A stretch of DNA of 64,000 bases from Planctomycetota bacterium (GTDB lineage Bacteria > Planctomycetota > B15-G4 > SIAN01): contig JANNXA010000014.1 in assembly GCA_031409275.1 (NCBI GenBank), forward strand, positions 160,001-224,000, in the 5' to 3' direction. Position numbers and translations under genes: made by a program. The notes beneath the pieces are model-generated. The model saw nothing but the letters and a program-made list of their open reading frames with translations, had not been told where the DNA came from and did not search any database. Within the stretch, counting starts at the first letter, position 1, and each line of letters begins with the position of its first letter. This document shows, piece after piece, positions 18,312 to 27,820 of the stretch.

Positions 18312-19337
18312 ATGACCGATCCTGCATCGCCCCACGGCTACCTCGACCTGCCGCCCGAGCAGCGCGACTACGCGACGGCCCGCATCGCCGTGCTGCCGTG
18401 TCCGTTCGACGGCACGTCGACCTACGGCAAGGGGGCCGACAAGGGGCCGGCGAAGCTGATCGAGGCTTCGGGCCAGGTCGAGTTCTTCGATCTCGAGCTG
18501 CGCCGCAAGGTGTGCGAGCGCGGCATCGTGACGCTGCCGGCCGTCGAGTTCGTCGACGACGATCCGGCGAAGGCCGTCGCAGCGATCGAGGCGGCGGCGC
18601 TGCCGGCGGTGCGCGACGGCAAGTTCCTGCTCGGCCTCGGCGGCGAGCACTCGGTCTCGATCGGCCTCACGCGAGCGGTGCGTGCGGTGCACGGCTCCTT
18701 CTCGCTCCTCCATGTCGATGCGCACGCCGACCTGCGCGCCGAGTGGCACGGCTCGCCGTACAACCATGCTTGCGCGATCCACGCGATCGCCGAAGACGAC
18801 CGCAAGGCGACGATCGTCTCGATCGGCATCCGGGCCGTCGGCGAGGAGGAGCTCGTCTACGCCAAGGAGCGCGGCGTCCACCTCTTTCCTGGACACACGC
18901 TGCGCCATCGAAAGAACTGGATCCGCGACGCAGTGAAGCTGCTGAAGGATCCGGTCTACGTGACGATTGACCTCGATGGGCTCGACCCGACCGTGATGCC
19001 GTCGACGGGAACACCGGTGCCGGGCGGCCTCGACTGGTGGCAGGTCGTCGATCTGGTTCGGGAGATCGGCCTGAAGAAGCGGGTGATCGCCTGCGACGTG
19101 AACGAGCTCAAGCCCGACGGCGTCAACCACCACTCCGAGTTCCTGGCCGCGCAGCTCAGCTACAAGATGCTGAACTGCTTCGTCGACCCGCCGCGCGCGG
19201 CCTCCAAAGCGAAGCGCAACCGCTCGAACCGTCCGCCGAAGGCGGCGGCCAGGACCGTGCGGCGCGCCGCCAAACGCCCCGCCACGAAAGCCGCTCGCGC
19301 GCCCGCACCGTCCGCCGCGAAACGGCGCCGCACCTGA
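18312..19337 (+). CDS. speB: Agmatinase (ureohydrolase family) with basic C-terminal tail
   Basis: PFDGTSTY...GP, GGEHS, HVDAHADL, DLDGLDP, TGTPVPGG, DVNEL. Confidence 0.88.
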   Translation: MTDPASPHGYLDLPPEQRDYATARIAVLPCPFDGTSTYGKGADKGPAKLIEASGQVEFFDLELRRKVCERGIVTLPAVEFVDDDPAKAVAAIEAAALPAVRDGKFLLGLGGEHSVSIGLTRAVRAVHGSFSLLHVDAHADLRAEWHGSPYNHACAIHAIAEDDRKATIVSIGIRAVGEEELVYAKERGVHLFPGHTLRHRKNWIRDAVKLLKDPVYVTIDLDGLDPTVMPSTGTPVPGGLDWWQVVDLVREIGLKKRVIACDVNELKPDGVNHHSEFLAAQLSYKMLNCFVDPPRAASKAKRNRSNRPPKAAARTVRRAAKRPATKAARAPAPSAAKRRRT

Positions 19338-19399
19338 GCCACTGCGGCGCGCGTCTGGCAACGGCACGCGCGTTCGATGCGTTCGATGGTGTTCATTTC

Positions 19400-19597
19400 G
19401 GTGGCGGGGATGTTTCCACCACGTGCCCCGCACACCCGCACCATCCGACTCTTCCCCTCGGACAGCTGATGGCCGCTGGATCGACCGCCCATTCCGCGGG
19501 CGGCCGCTCAGCCAATCTCTAGTGGCACGGGGAGTCTCAATGACCCCACGGGTGGGATCGAGCGTGCGGGTCGCGCGGTGGAAACATCCCCGCCACC
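19400..19597. repeat. 198-bp element bounded by perfect 21-bp inverted repeats (MITE/REP-like or long RNA hairpin)
   Basis: GGTGGCGGGGATGTTTCCACC at 19400-19420 and its exact reverse complement at 19577-19597; imperfect pairing continues inward. Confidence 0.8.
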
Positions 19598-19637
19598 ACT
19601 TCGCGCCACCACTTCGCGCCACCGATTCGGCGCCACC
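19591..19637. repeat. Short tandem repeat abutting the right inverted repeat
   Basis: CGCCACCACTTCG twice, then CGCCACCGATTCGG and CGCCACC. Confidence 0.75.
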
Positions 19638-19711
19638 GCGTCGCCGCCGCGTCGCCGCCGATTCGAGCGCCGGCGATTGGCGCGATGGGAGCGCCAACTC
19701 CGTGTCGCCGA

Positions 19712-20548
19712 TCAGACGAGGTACGACTTGCGGCGGAACTTGAGCAGCGCGAGGCCGAGCGCGAGGCCGCCGATCCAGAGCAGGACCTGGAGCGACGTGG
19801 CGGCGGGCAGCAGTTCGAGGTCGTACGGGCGCGCAAGGGTCTCGTAGCCGGGATCGCCCGACAACCGCGTGAGCACCGTGTAGATGTGGTGCAGCAGCGT
19901 GTAGCGCGCCATCGCACCGGGCATCGTCGCAGCGAACTGCTCCCACACGAACAGCAGTGCCAGGCCGACCAGCAGCGGCCACTTGATGACGACCGAAAGC
20001 AGCATGAAGACGGCGCAGTAGGCGAAAAGCGACAGCGCCATTCCGGCGAGCGCGACTCCGAGCATCGGCAGGTCGACCACCAACGCTTCGACGCCCATCT
20101 GCCCCACCGTCGCCAAGTAGAGCGTCACGAACGCGGCCCCCAGCAGCACCGTCGACGTGACCACCGCCGAGAGCCATCGCCCGAGCAGGAGCGCGCTGCG
20201 CGGCACCGGCCGCGTCAGCAGGTAGGGCAGCGTCTTCCCCTCGATCTCCTCGCCGAGCGCCCCGCATCCGACGAACAACGCCACGATCAGGTTCACACGC
20301 GGGAAATAGAAGGTCGTCAACATCTCGACGAAGCCAACGCCGCCCTTGGCGCCGGCTCCGGCGCGGAAGAGCTCGAGCGCCGGCGCGATCAACGGAAGCA
20401 GGCACAGCAGCGCGAGCGACACGCCGCGCCGCCCTCGCAGCAGGGTCAGCCCCGACACGCGCAGCGTCGCGACGATGCCGTCGACGAGCCCGCGCCGCGG
20501 CGGCCGGTCACGCGACGAGATAGTCGAAGATGGCTTGGAGATTGTCAT
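19712..20548 (-). CDS. ABC-2 type transporter permease
   Basis: EEIEGKTLPYLLTRPVPR motif; multiple TM helices; start uncertain. Confidence 0.85.
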   Translation of the reverse strand: MTISKPSSTISSRDRPPRRGLVDGIVATLRVSGLTLLRGRRGVSLALLCLLPLIAPALELFRAGAGAKGGVGFVEMLTTFYFPRVNLIVALFVGCGALGEEIEGKTLPYLLTRPVPRSALLLGRWLSAVVTSTVLLGAAFVTLYLATVGQMGVEALVVDLPMLGVALAGMALSLFAYCAVFMLLSVVIKWPLLVGLALLFVWEQFAATMPGAMARYTLLHHIYTVLTRLSGDPGYETLARPYDLELLPAATSLQVLLWIGGLALGLALLKFRRKSYLV

Positions 20549-21461
20549 CGGTCGATTCGTATTCCCGCACCACGATCCAGCCGTCCGCCGCCACGCGCCC
20601 GAGGCGATCGAAGAACCGCCCGGCATCCTTGACCTCGAAGTTCGCCTCGTTCGCGCCGACGCGCACGCTCACGACTCCCGCCTCCTCGAGCAGCAGTCGT
20701 GCGAGGCCGCGCGGATCGTCGGCCACGACCCGCACGTGGTGCGGCCGCTGGTCGAGCGCGCGGCGGATCTCGTCGATCGTCCCCTCGGCCAGCACGCGAC
20801 CTCGATGCACCAGCGCGATGCGGCGCGTCATCTTCTCGACTTCATGCAGCACGTGACCCGACACGATGACCGTGTGCCCCGCCGCGCCGAGTTCGCGCAC
20901 CAGGTCGATGATCTCGCGCCGTCCCACCGGGTCGAGCCCGTTCAGAGGCTCGTCGAGCACGATCACTTCGGGGTTGTGAGCGATCGCCTGCGCGATGCGC
21001 AACCGCTGCCGCATCCCCTTGCTGTAGGCGCCGACCTTCTTCTCGGCCGCCGCGGCAAGGCCGACGCGCGCCAACGCCTGCTCGGTCCGCGCGTGCGCTT
21101 CGCTGGCCGCGAAGCCGCCGTAGTGCAGCAGCACGAAGAGGTGGCGACGACCGGTGAGGTGGTCCCAGAGCTGTTCGTGCTCGGGCGAGTGGCCGAGTCG
21201 CCCGGCGAGGTCGGCGTTGGCGAACGGAGCGGCCCCTAGCACGCGCACGACGCCCTGGCTCGGCGCCATCTGCCCCGTCATCAGGCGCATCAACGTCGAC
21301 TTGCCGGCGCCGTTGGGACCAAGCAGCCCGGTCACACCGGGCTGGAACGCGAGCGTCACGTCGTTCAGCCCGATGACCGGTCCGTACCAATGCGACACGC
21401 GTTCCAGCTGAACGGGTGCGGTTGGTACCGGTGTCATCTCGGGAGTGAGGTCGCCGCTCAT
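20508..21461 (-). CDS. ABC transporter ATP-binding protein
   Basis: GPNGAGKST, YSKGMRQR, IVLDEP; ATGA overlap with upstream permease. Confidence 0.92.
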   Translation of the reverse strand: MSGDLTPEMTPVPTAPVQLERVSHWYGPVIGLNDVTLAFQPGVTGLLGPNGAGKSTLMRLMTGQMAPSQGVVRVLGAAPFANADLAGRLGHSPEHEQLWDHLTGRRHLFVLLHYGGFAASEAHARTEQALARVGLAAAAEKKVGAYSKGMRQRLRIAQAIAHNPEVIVLDEPLNGLDPVGRREIIDLVRELGAAGHTVIVSGHVLHEVEKMTRRIALVHRGRVLAEGTIDEIRRALDQRPHHVRVVADDPRGLARLLLEEAGVVSVRVGANEANFEVKDAGRFFDRLGRVAADGWIVVREYESTDDNLQAIFDYLVA

Positions 21462-22437
21462 TTGCCGGCCTCGACGACGACGTCCTGGCGACGCAGCACC
21501 GACACCAGCACCAGCAACGATGCGCCGCACCACGCGAGGACCGACACGGTCGCCTGCAGCGGCGTCGACGAGGCGAAGACCTTCACGGTCTCGAACAACC
21601 CTTGCAGGTTGGCGCGCACCATCGGCTCCGCTTCGCTGGTCGCCCGCTCGAAGAGGCCGGCGATGTCGAAGAGGTGGTAGCCCAGCGAGAAGAGCGCGTC
21701 GTTGGGCGACACGGCGGCGAGCGCCGACACACCGCGATGGCTGCCCGCCATCGAAGTGAACGATGGCAACAGGATCACCAGCGAGAACCAGATGAGCCCC
21801 GCGAACATCGGCCGCCGGCAGATCGAGGAGACGGCGAGGATCGTGAGCGAATAGACCAGGATCACCGCCATGTTCTGCGCGATGATCGGCAGGAGATGGG
21901 GCATCGCGTCGCGCAGCGCATGCTCGCCCGGATCGGCCATGACGCCGACGGCCCACAACACGAGGTTCGGCACCAGCGTGAAGAGCGCCATGAACCAGCC
22001 GATCACGCCGACCTTGCCGAGGATGTAGTCGGTCAGCGTGAGCGGCCGTGACAGGTAGAGCGGAAGCGCGCCGCTGGCGCGATCACGAGCGATCAGGCCC
22101 GAGCCGAAGAGGACGGCGTAGATCATCAGGAAGAGCGAGTTGATGCGGGTGAGCGCCGGGTACTGGATCACGCGATAAGGGGCCACCTGATCGAAGAACT
22201 TGAACATCTCCGGCGGCAGGAAGTCGGGGCGGAAGTAGAAGAAGTAGTTGATGAGGAAGAGCGCGAGCGTCGGGACGCAGCTCGCCGCCATGAACAGCCG
22301 CAGCGTGAGCGTCAGCAGCCAGCCGCCCTTGGTGGCGAGCGCGTTCTTCACGCCCATCGTGACGATCGGCCAGGCGCGGAACGCGCGGCGCTTGAGCTGG
22401 CCGTCCCAATGGCGATACGAGCGGTCGTAGACCGGCA

Positions 22438-22438
<1 letters not shown>
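21458..22438 (-). CDS. ABC-2 type transporter permease
   Basis: MPVYDRSYRHW start, LIARDRASGALPLYLSRPL...DYILGK, TM helices. Confidence 0.85.
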
Positions 22439-23430
<992 letters not shown>

Positions 23431-23615
23431 CTCGCAAACGGCCTGCGGTCGCGGCAGCGCCGGAACCGGGAGGGAATCGAAGCGGCGCATGATAGGTCGG
23501 GCCGCGCGGCGACGAGCCATCCGCGCGCTGACGAAGCGGCGGCACGCGGCGCGGCCCGAAACCACTCGGCAGGGTCCGGGGTTCAATCGTCGCCCCCCTT
23601 TCTGGAGGACTGCCG

Positions 23616-23909
23616 ATGTTCACGACCCTCTGTTCCGCGCTCGCGCTCGCCGCGGCGGCCACTTTTTCGACCGCAGACGAGCCAGGCGCCGCGCGCCACG
23701 ACCAGCGACCGAGCGCGACCACGCGCGCGCAGCTGAAGCGCCTCATCGAACGCCATCCGCGGCTCGCGCGCCACTGGCGGACCGCCCGCGCCGATCGGTG
23801 GCGCGAAAGGCTCGACGCCGGTCGAGCGCAAGCCGGCGAGGCCAGGCCACGCGGCCCGCGAACCGACCGCCAGGACACGGCCCGCTCGCGGCGGCGCCGC
23901 GCGATCTGA
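23616..23909 (+). CDS. Small exported Arg-rich hypothetical protein (97 aa)
   Basis: GGAGG RBS, ATG, hydrophobic signal-like N-terminus; occupies an otherwise empty gap. Confidence 0.55.
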   Translation: MFTTLCSALALAAAATFSTADEPGAARHDQRPSATTRAQLKRLIERHPRLARHWRTARADRWRERLDAGRAQAGEARPRGPRTDRQDTARSRRRRAI

Positions 23910-24004
23910 CCGCCCCACCCACGCGACCGACATCCCCCGACCGACCTCCCCCCGCCGGCAGCCGCAGCCACCGCGCGCGCTGCCGGAGCGCCAGCTCGCC
24001 GCGG

Positions 24005-25159
24005 TCAGCTCGACGCGGCGGGGCTGGCGACCTTGTCGAAGTCGCCGGCGTCGGTGCTGCGATTGACGAGGTAGCAGCTCTTGCAGGCGCCAAACGGGTC
24101 GTCGGAGTGGACGCGGCGGCGCATCTCGCGGTACTTCGGACCGTTCCACTCGGCGAAGAAGTCGGAGCTCTTCACGTTGCCGTTCACGTGGATGCCGGCG
24201 AGGCAGCATGGCACCACGTCACCGAACGGGCCGACGTACATGCGCTGCCAGAGGAACCAGCAGCGGATCGGCGGCCCTCTCGGCGGCGGCGGCGAGCCGT
24301 CGGCGGCGGCGACGGCGAATGGCGGCGGCAGGTTGACCGACAACTGCAGCTCGCGCGCCACTTCGGCGGCACGCGCCAGCATCTCGTTGGTGCGCTGCTT
24401 GGACTCGAGCGACGTATCGAGCATCTCGTCCTGCACTGATTCGTCGGCCACCATGCGCACGAGGTGGGAAACGGTCACGTGGTCGCCGCCAAGTTCTTTC
24501 GCGAGGCGCAGGAAGGCGGGCAGCTCGGGCAGCGTCCGCTTCATCAAGATCGTGTTGAAGTGGAGCAGCGCCCGCTGCGCGACGGGCAACGCCGCGCGTG
24601 CGCGTCCGTACGCGCGCACGTTCCCGACCACCTCGTCGAAGTCGGCGCCGATGCGCAGCGAGTCGTAGGTCGCTTTCGTGGCGCCATCGATCGAGACGGT
24701 CAGCAGCCCCATGATCCCGGCCATGCGCTCGATCAGCCGCTCGCCCTTCATCAAAGTGGCGTTGGTCACCATCTCGAGCTTCACGCCGAAGCGGTCCATG
24801 TCGTCGAACTTCTCGGCGAGGCGCGGCGTCATCATCGGCTCGCCGAACGCGGAGAGCTGGACGATCTCGGCGGCGGGATAGAGCTCCTCGAGGACCTTGC
24901 GGTAGATCGGCTCCTCCATGCGCCAGTCGATGCCCTTGCCGTACGCCTGCGGGCAGAACGAGCACGAGAGGTTGCAGACCGTCGAATTGGTGGTGTTGAT
25001 CCAGGTCGGCAGCGAGTCGCACACCTCGGCGTCCTGAACCTCCGCCGCCTCGGCGCGCCGCCGGTTCTCCGCCTTCAGCGCGGCCAGCTCCGCACGCGAC
25101 GGAATCGAGCCGGCGCGCACCTGCGCGGTGACCTCGCGAAGTCGGGGAAGGAAGTCCAT
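24005..25159 (-). CDS. Radical SAM protein with SPASM/twitch domain
   Basis: CNLSCSFC, FGEP, TNAT, SIDGAT; C-terminal CWFLW...GDVVPCC...CKSC. Confidence 0.88.
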   Translation of the reverse strand: MDFLPRLREVTAQVRAGSIPSRAELAALKAENRRRAEAAEVQDAEVCDSLPTWINTTNSTVCNLSCSFCPQAYGKGIDWRMEEPIYRKVLEELYPAAEIVQLSAFGEPMMTPRLAEKFDDMDRFGVKLEMVTNATLMKGERLIERMAGIMGLLTVSIDGATKATYDSLRIGADFDEVVGNVRAYGRARAALPVAQRALLHFNTILMKRTLPELPAFLRLAKELGGDHVTVSHLVRMVADESVQDEMLDTSLESKQRTNEMLARAAEVARELQLSVNLPPPFAVAAADGSPPPPRGPPIRCWFLWQRMYVGPFGDVVPCCLAGIHVNGNVKSSDFFAEWNGPKYREMRRRVHSDDPFGACKSCYLVNRSTDAGDFDKVASPAASS

Positions 25160-25172
25160 GCGTCCTCGCTGG

Positions 25173-26903
25173 TCAGCGCGTCAGCAACGCGAGCGGCTCG
25201 GCGCTCGCCGAGAGAAAGTCGTGACGCCACAGCGTGCCATCCGGAGCGTGCAGGAAATAGAGATAGCGCCCGTTGGCGCCGAAGGCGGGTGGCGTATCGA
25301 GGCGCGCCGCGGCGGCGATCGGCCGCGGTGCCGCCTCACGATCGGCGGCGAGCGCCACGAAGGACGCGAACGCGAGCGTGCACCCGGCGCTCGGTGCTGC
25401 GCCGGCCGGCTTCGCGAAGAGCAGTCCGTTGCTGCCCGACGCCGCGATCGGCTGGAGCGCGCCGCTCCAGATCAGCGCCGGCCGCTCGCCCGGCCGTGCG
25501 GTCACGCGCACGACCTGGTGACGGGACGCTCCGGCAGGCCCGGCTCGATCGGCGGGTGCCTCGCAGAAGAGCAGGAGTTCGGCGCCGTCCCCGGCGGGCA
25601 GCAGCGACACGACGTGCAACGGCAGATCGAGCAGCCACGGCGCCAGGTGCTCGCCGGCCTCGCGACCGCGGCGCTCGCTGAACTGGAGCTGCGTCCCGGC
25701 GGCGGTATCGACGACGGCGCACCAGAGGAAAGGCAGCGCGACCACCGCGCGGCAACTCGCGCGCGCGCACTCGAGGAGCGCCTGCAGTTCGCCATCGACG
25801 TCGATGCACTCGGCGCGGCCATCGAGGCTCGCCCGAACCAGCGTCCCCGCGCCCTGAACGAAGTCGACGCGACGCAAGCCATCCACGCGGCGCGAAACCG
25901 TGCGCGGCGCCGACATGGAGTGGAGCCGCTGCACGAACGTGCCCGACGCGCGACTCTGGACTTCGAGGACGAGTCCGGTCGCGGGCGATACCTCGACCCG
26001 GCCCGCCAGGCGCTGGCGCGTGCCGCTGGCGAGTTCGAGCAGCACGAAGCCGTCCGTCGGCGCCGACTCGATCACCAGCACGGCGCCGCCGGCAGCGAAC
26101 GCGAGACGGTTCGGCTCGACGTCGAGCTCGAACCAGCGCGGCTCCGCCGGCTCGCGCACGCCCTCGATCGAGAGCAACAGGACCCCGCCGAGAGTCGCCG
26201 TGCTACGACGCATGCCAATCGCCAGTTGCCCGCTCGCCTCATCGAGCGCGAAGGTGCAGGCGGGCTCCGTGCGGGCATCCGCTGCGTCCGCGAGGTCCGC
26301 GGCGCATGCGGCCAGCGGCGGATAGGAATCGCGCAGCACACCGCCGTTCAGGCGATCGCCGCGGTCGTTCGGCTCGAAGGGCACCGCCGCGTCGACGCGC
26401 GCGGGCGCCATGCCGGGCGTTGCTCCCACCACCAGCAGCTCTTCGAGCCGGCCCGACCACAACTTGCCATCGCCGCGACGCCGCAGCGGCAGGCGGAACT
26501 CGAGTTCGAGCGGGCCGCTGCGCAACGGCGCCGCCGACGCCAGCGCGCGCAGCTCCGCCGGACGCGCCACCCAATCGGCCACTGGATCGTGGACCTCGTG
26601 CAACTCGACGTCGCCCAACCGAGCGCGCGCCACCACCACTTCGCCATCGGCCAGGAAACGCAGATTCGTCGCGGTCGAAGGCAGGCGCAGCTCGCCGCGC
26701 CAGGTGCCCCGCAGCTCGAACGGATCGGGCGAGAAGCCGATGGCGAGCGCTGCGCCGTCGAGTTGCTGGCCGGCCAGATGCTCGGCCGCGCGCCGCTCGC
26801 GCGAGCGATCGATCTGGAATGGCGCGGTCGCTGCGACGCGCCAGGTCGCCGCCGCGATCGCGATCGCACCAACCCATCCCAGCGCGATCGTGCGGCGGTT
26901 CAT
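25173..26903 (-). CDS. Hypothetical membrane-anchored protein, possibly a TolB-like beta-propeller
   Basis: N-terminal TM helix; C-terminal PAFGANGRYLYF resembles a PD40 blade; ATGA overlap with the PfkB gene. Confidence 0.55.
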   Translation of the reverse strand: MNRRTIALGWVGAIAIAAATWRVAATAPFQIDRSRERRAAEHLAGQQLDGAALAIGFSPDPFELRGTWRGELRLPSTATNLRFLADGEVVVARARLGDVELHEVHDPVADWVARPAELRALASAAPLRSGPLELEFRLPLRRRGDGKLWSGRLEELLVVGATPGMAPARVDAAVPFEPNDRGDRLNGGVLRDSYPPLAACAADLADAADARTEPACTFALDEASGQLAIGMRRSTATLGGVLLLSIEGVREPAEPRWFELDVEPNRLAFAAGGAVLVIESAPTDGFVLLELASGTRQRLAGRVEVSPATGLVLEVQSRASGTFVQRLHSMSAPRTVSRRVDGLRRVDFVQGAGTLVRASLDGRAECIDVDGELQALLECARASCRAVVALPFLWCAVVDTAAGTQLQFSERRGREAGEHLAPWLLDLPLHVVSLLPAGDGAELLLFCEAPADRAGPAGASRHQVVRVTARPGERPALIWSGALQPIAASGSNGLLFAKPAGAAPSAGCTLAFASFVALAADREAAPRPIAAAARLDTPPAFGANGRYLYFLHAPDGTLWRHDFLSASAEPLALLTR

Positions 26904-27820
26904 CGGGCGCTCCGGATCACGACGCCCGACTGCAACTCGCGCCAGCGCGCCGCTTCGAACTCGCAAACCAGCAGCTGCTCGGCATTGGCCGACCCGGCCG
27001 CGGCGCCGTAGCGCAGCGCCTCCTCCAGCGAGCGCCCCTGGTCGAGCGCCAGCGCGAACGCGCCGGTGAGTGCATCCCCCGAACCGACGGCGTTCACTTC
27101 GCGGATCGACGGCGGCGCGACGATGAGGTGACCGCTGCCGCTGACGCAGTGCAGCGCATGCGGACCGTCGGAGACGAGGATGCCGTCCGCTCCGAGCTGT
27201 TCGCGCAGGCGCGGCAGCTCGGCCGTGGACGCCAACCCGTTGGTCGAGCGCAACTCGTCGAGGTTCGCGCGTACCCAGTGCGGAGGGACGCGCGCCGCCT
27301 CGTTGGCAGCCGGCCCATAGGCATCGAGCACGACGCGTTTGCCGGCCGCGCGCGCGGCGGCCACGAACTCGCGTGGCAGCGCGCTGAATGGCCCCGGCGG
27401 CGTGCTGCCGTTCACGGTGACCGTCGTGACCTGCGTCAACAACGTCGCGAAGCGCACGCGCAGCATCTCGGCCTCGCGCTCGTCGCCGCTGCCGCCTTCT
27501 TCCAGGAACTCGCGGAAATGGTCATGGGCGAGATCGTAGAGACAGGTCGAGAGGCGCGTCGGCGCGGCCACGGGCACCAGTTCGGCGACCACCCCTTCGC
27601 GAGCGAGGCACTCCCGAAGCATCGCACCGGTCGGGCCGCTGGCCGTCGACAGCGCCACCGCTTCGCCGCCCAGCCGCACGATGACGCGCGCCGCATTCAG
27701 CCCCTTGCCGCCGGCGCTCGACCGCTCGCGCACGCCGCGCACGACGGTCCGCGGAGGCGCCTCCTCGCGATAGACGAGGTAGCGGTGCACGCAGGGGTTC
27801 AGGGTCACCGTGAGGATCAT
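26900..27820 (-). CDS. 1-phosphofructokinase family hexose kinase (PfkB family)
   Basis: [34 protein letters not shown]. Confidence 0.88.
   Translation of the reverse strand: MILTVTLNPCVHRYLVYREEAPPRTVVRGVRERSSAGGKGLNAARVIVRLGGEAVALSTASGPTGAMLRECLAREGVVAELVPVAAPTRLSTCLYDLAHDHFREFLEEGGSGDEREAEMLRVRFATLLTQVTTVTVNGSTPPGPFSALPREFVAAARAAGKRVVLDAYGPAANEAARVPPHWVRANLDELRSTNGLASTAELPRLREQLGADGILVSDGPHALHCVSGSGHLIVAPPSIREVNAVGSGDALTGAFALALDQGRSLEEALRYGAAAGSANAEQLLVCEFEAARWRELQSGVVIRSAR

Noticed and set aside
19370..19640. CRISPR array
   Set aside because: Repeats are inverted or directly abutting 9-14 bp units without unique spacers; no cas genes in the window
23616..25159. RiPP cluster (small peptide plus radical SAM/SPASM plus ABC transporter)
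   Set aside because: The small ORF has a Sec-type signal and is convergent with the radical SAM gene; no RRE/PqqD domain or peptidase recognised
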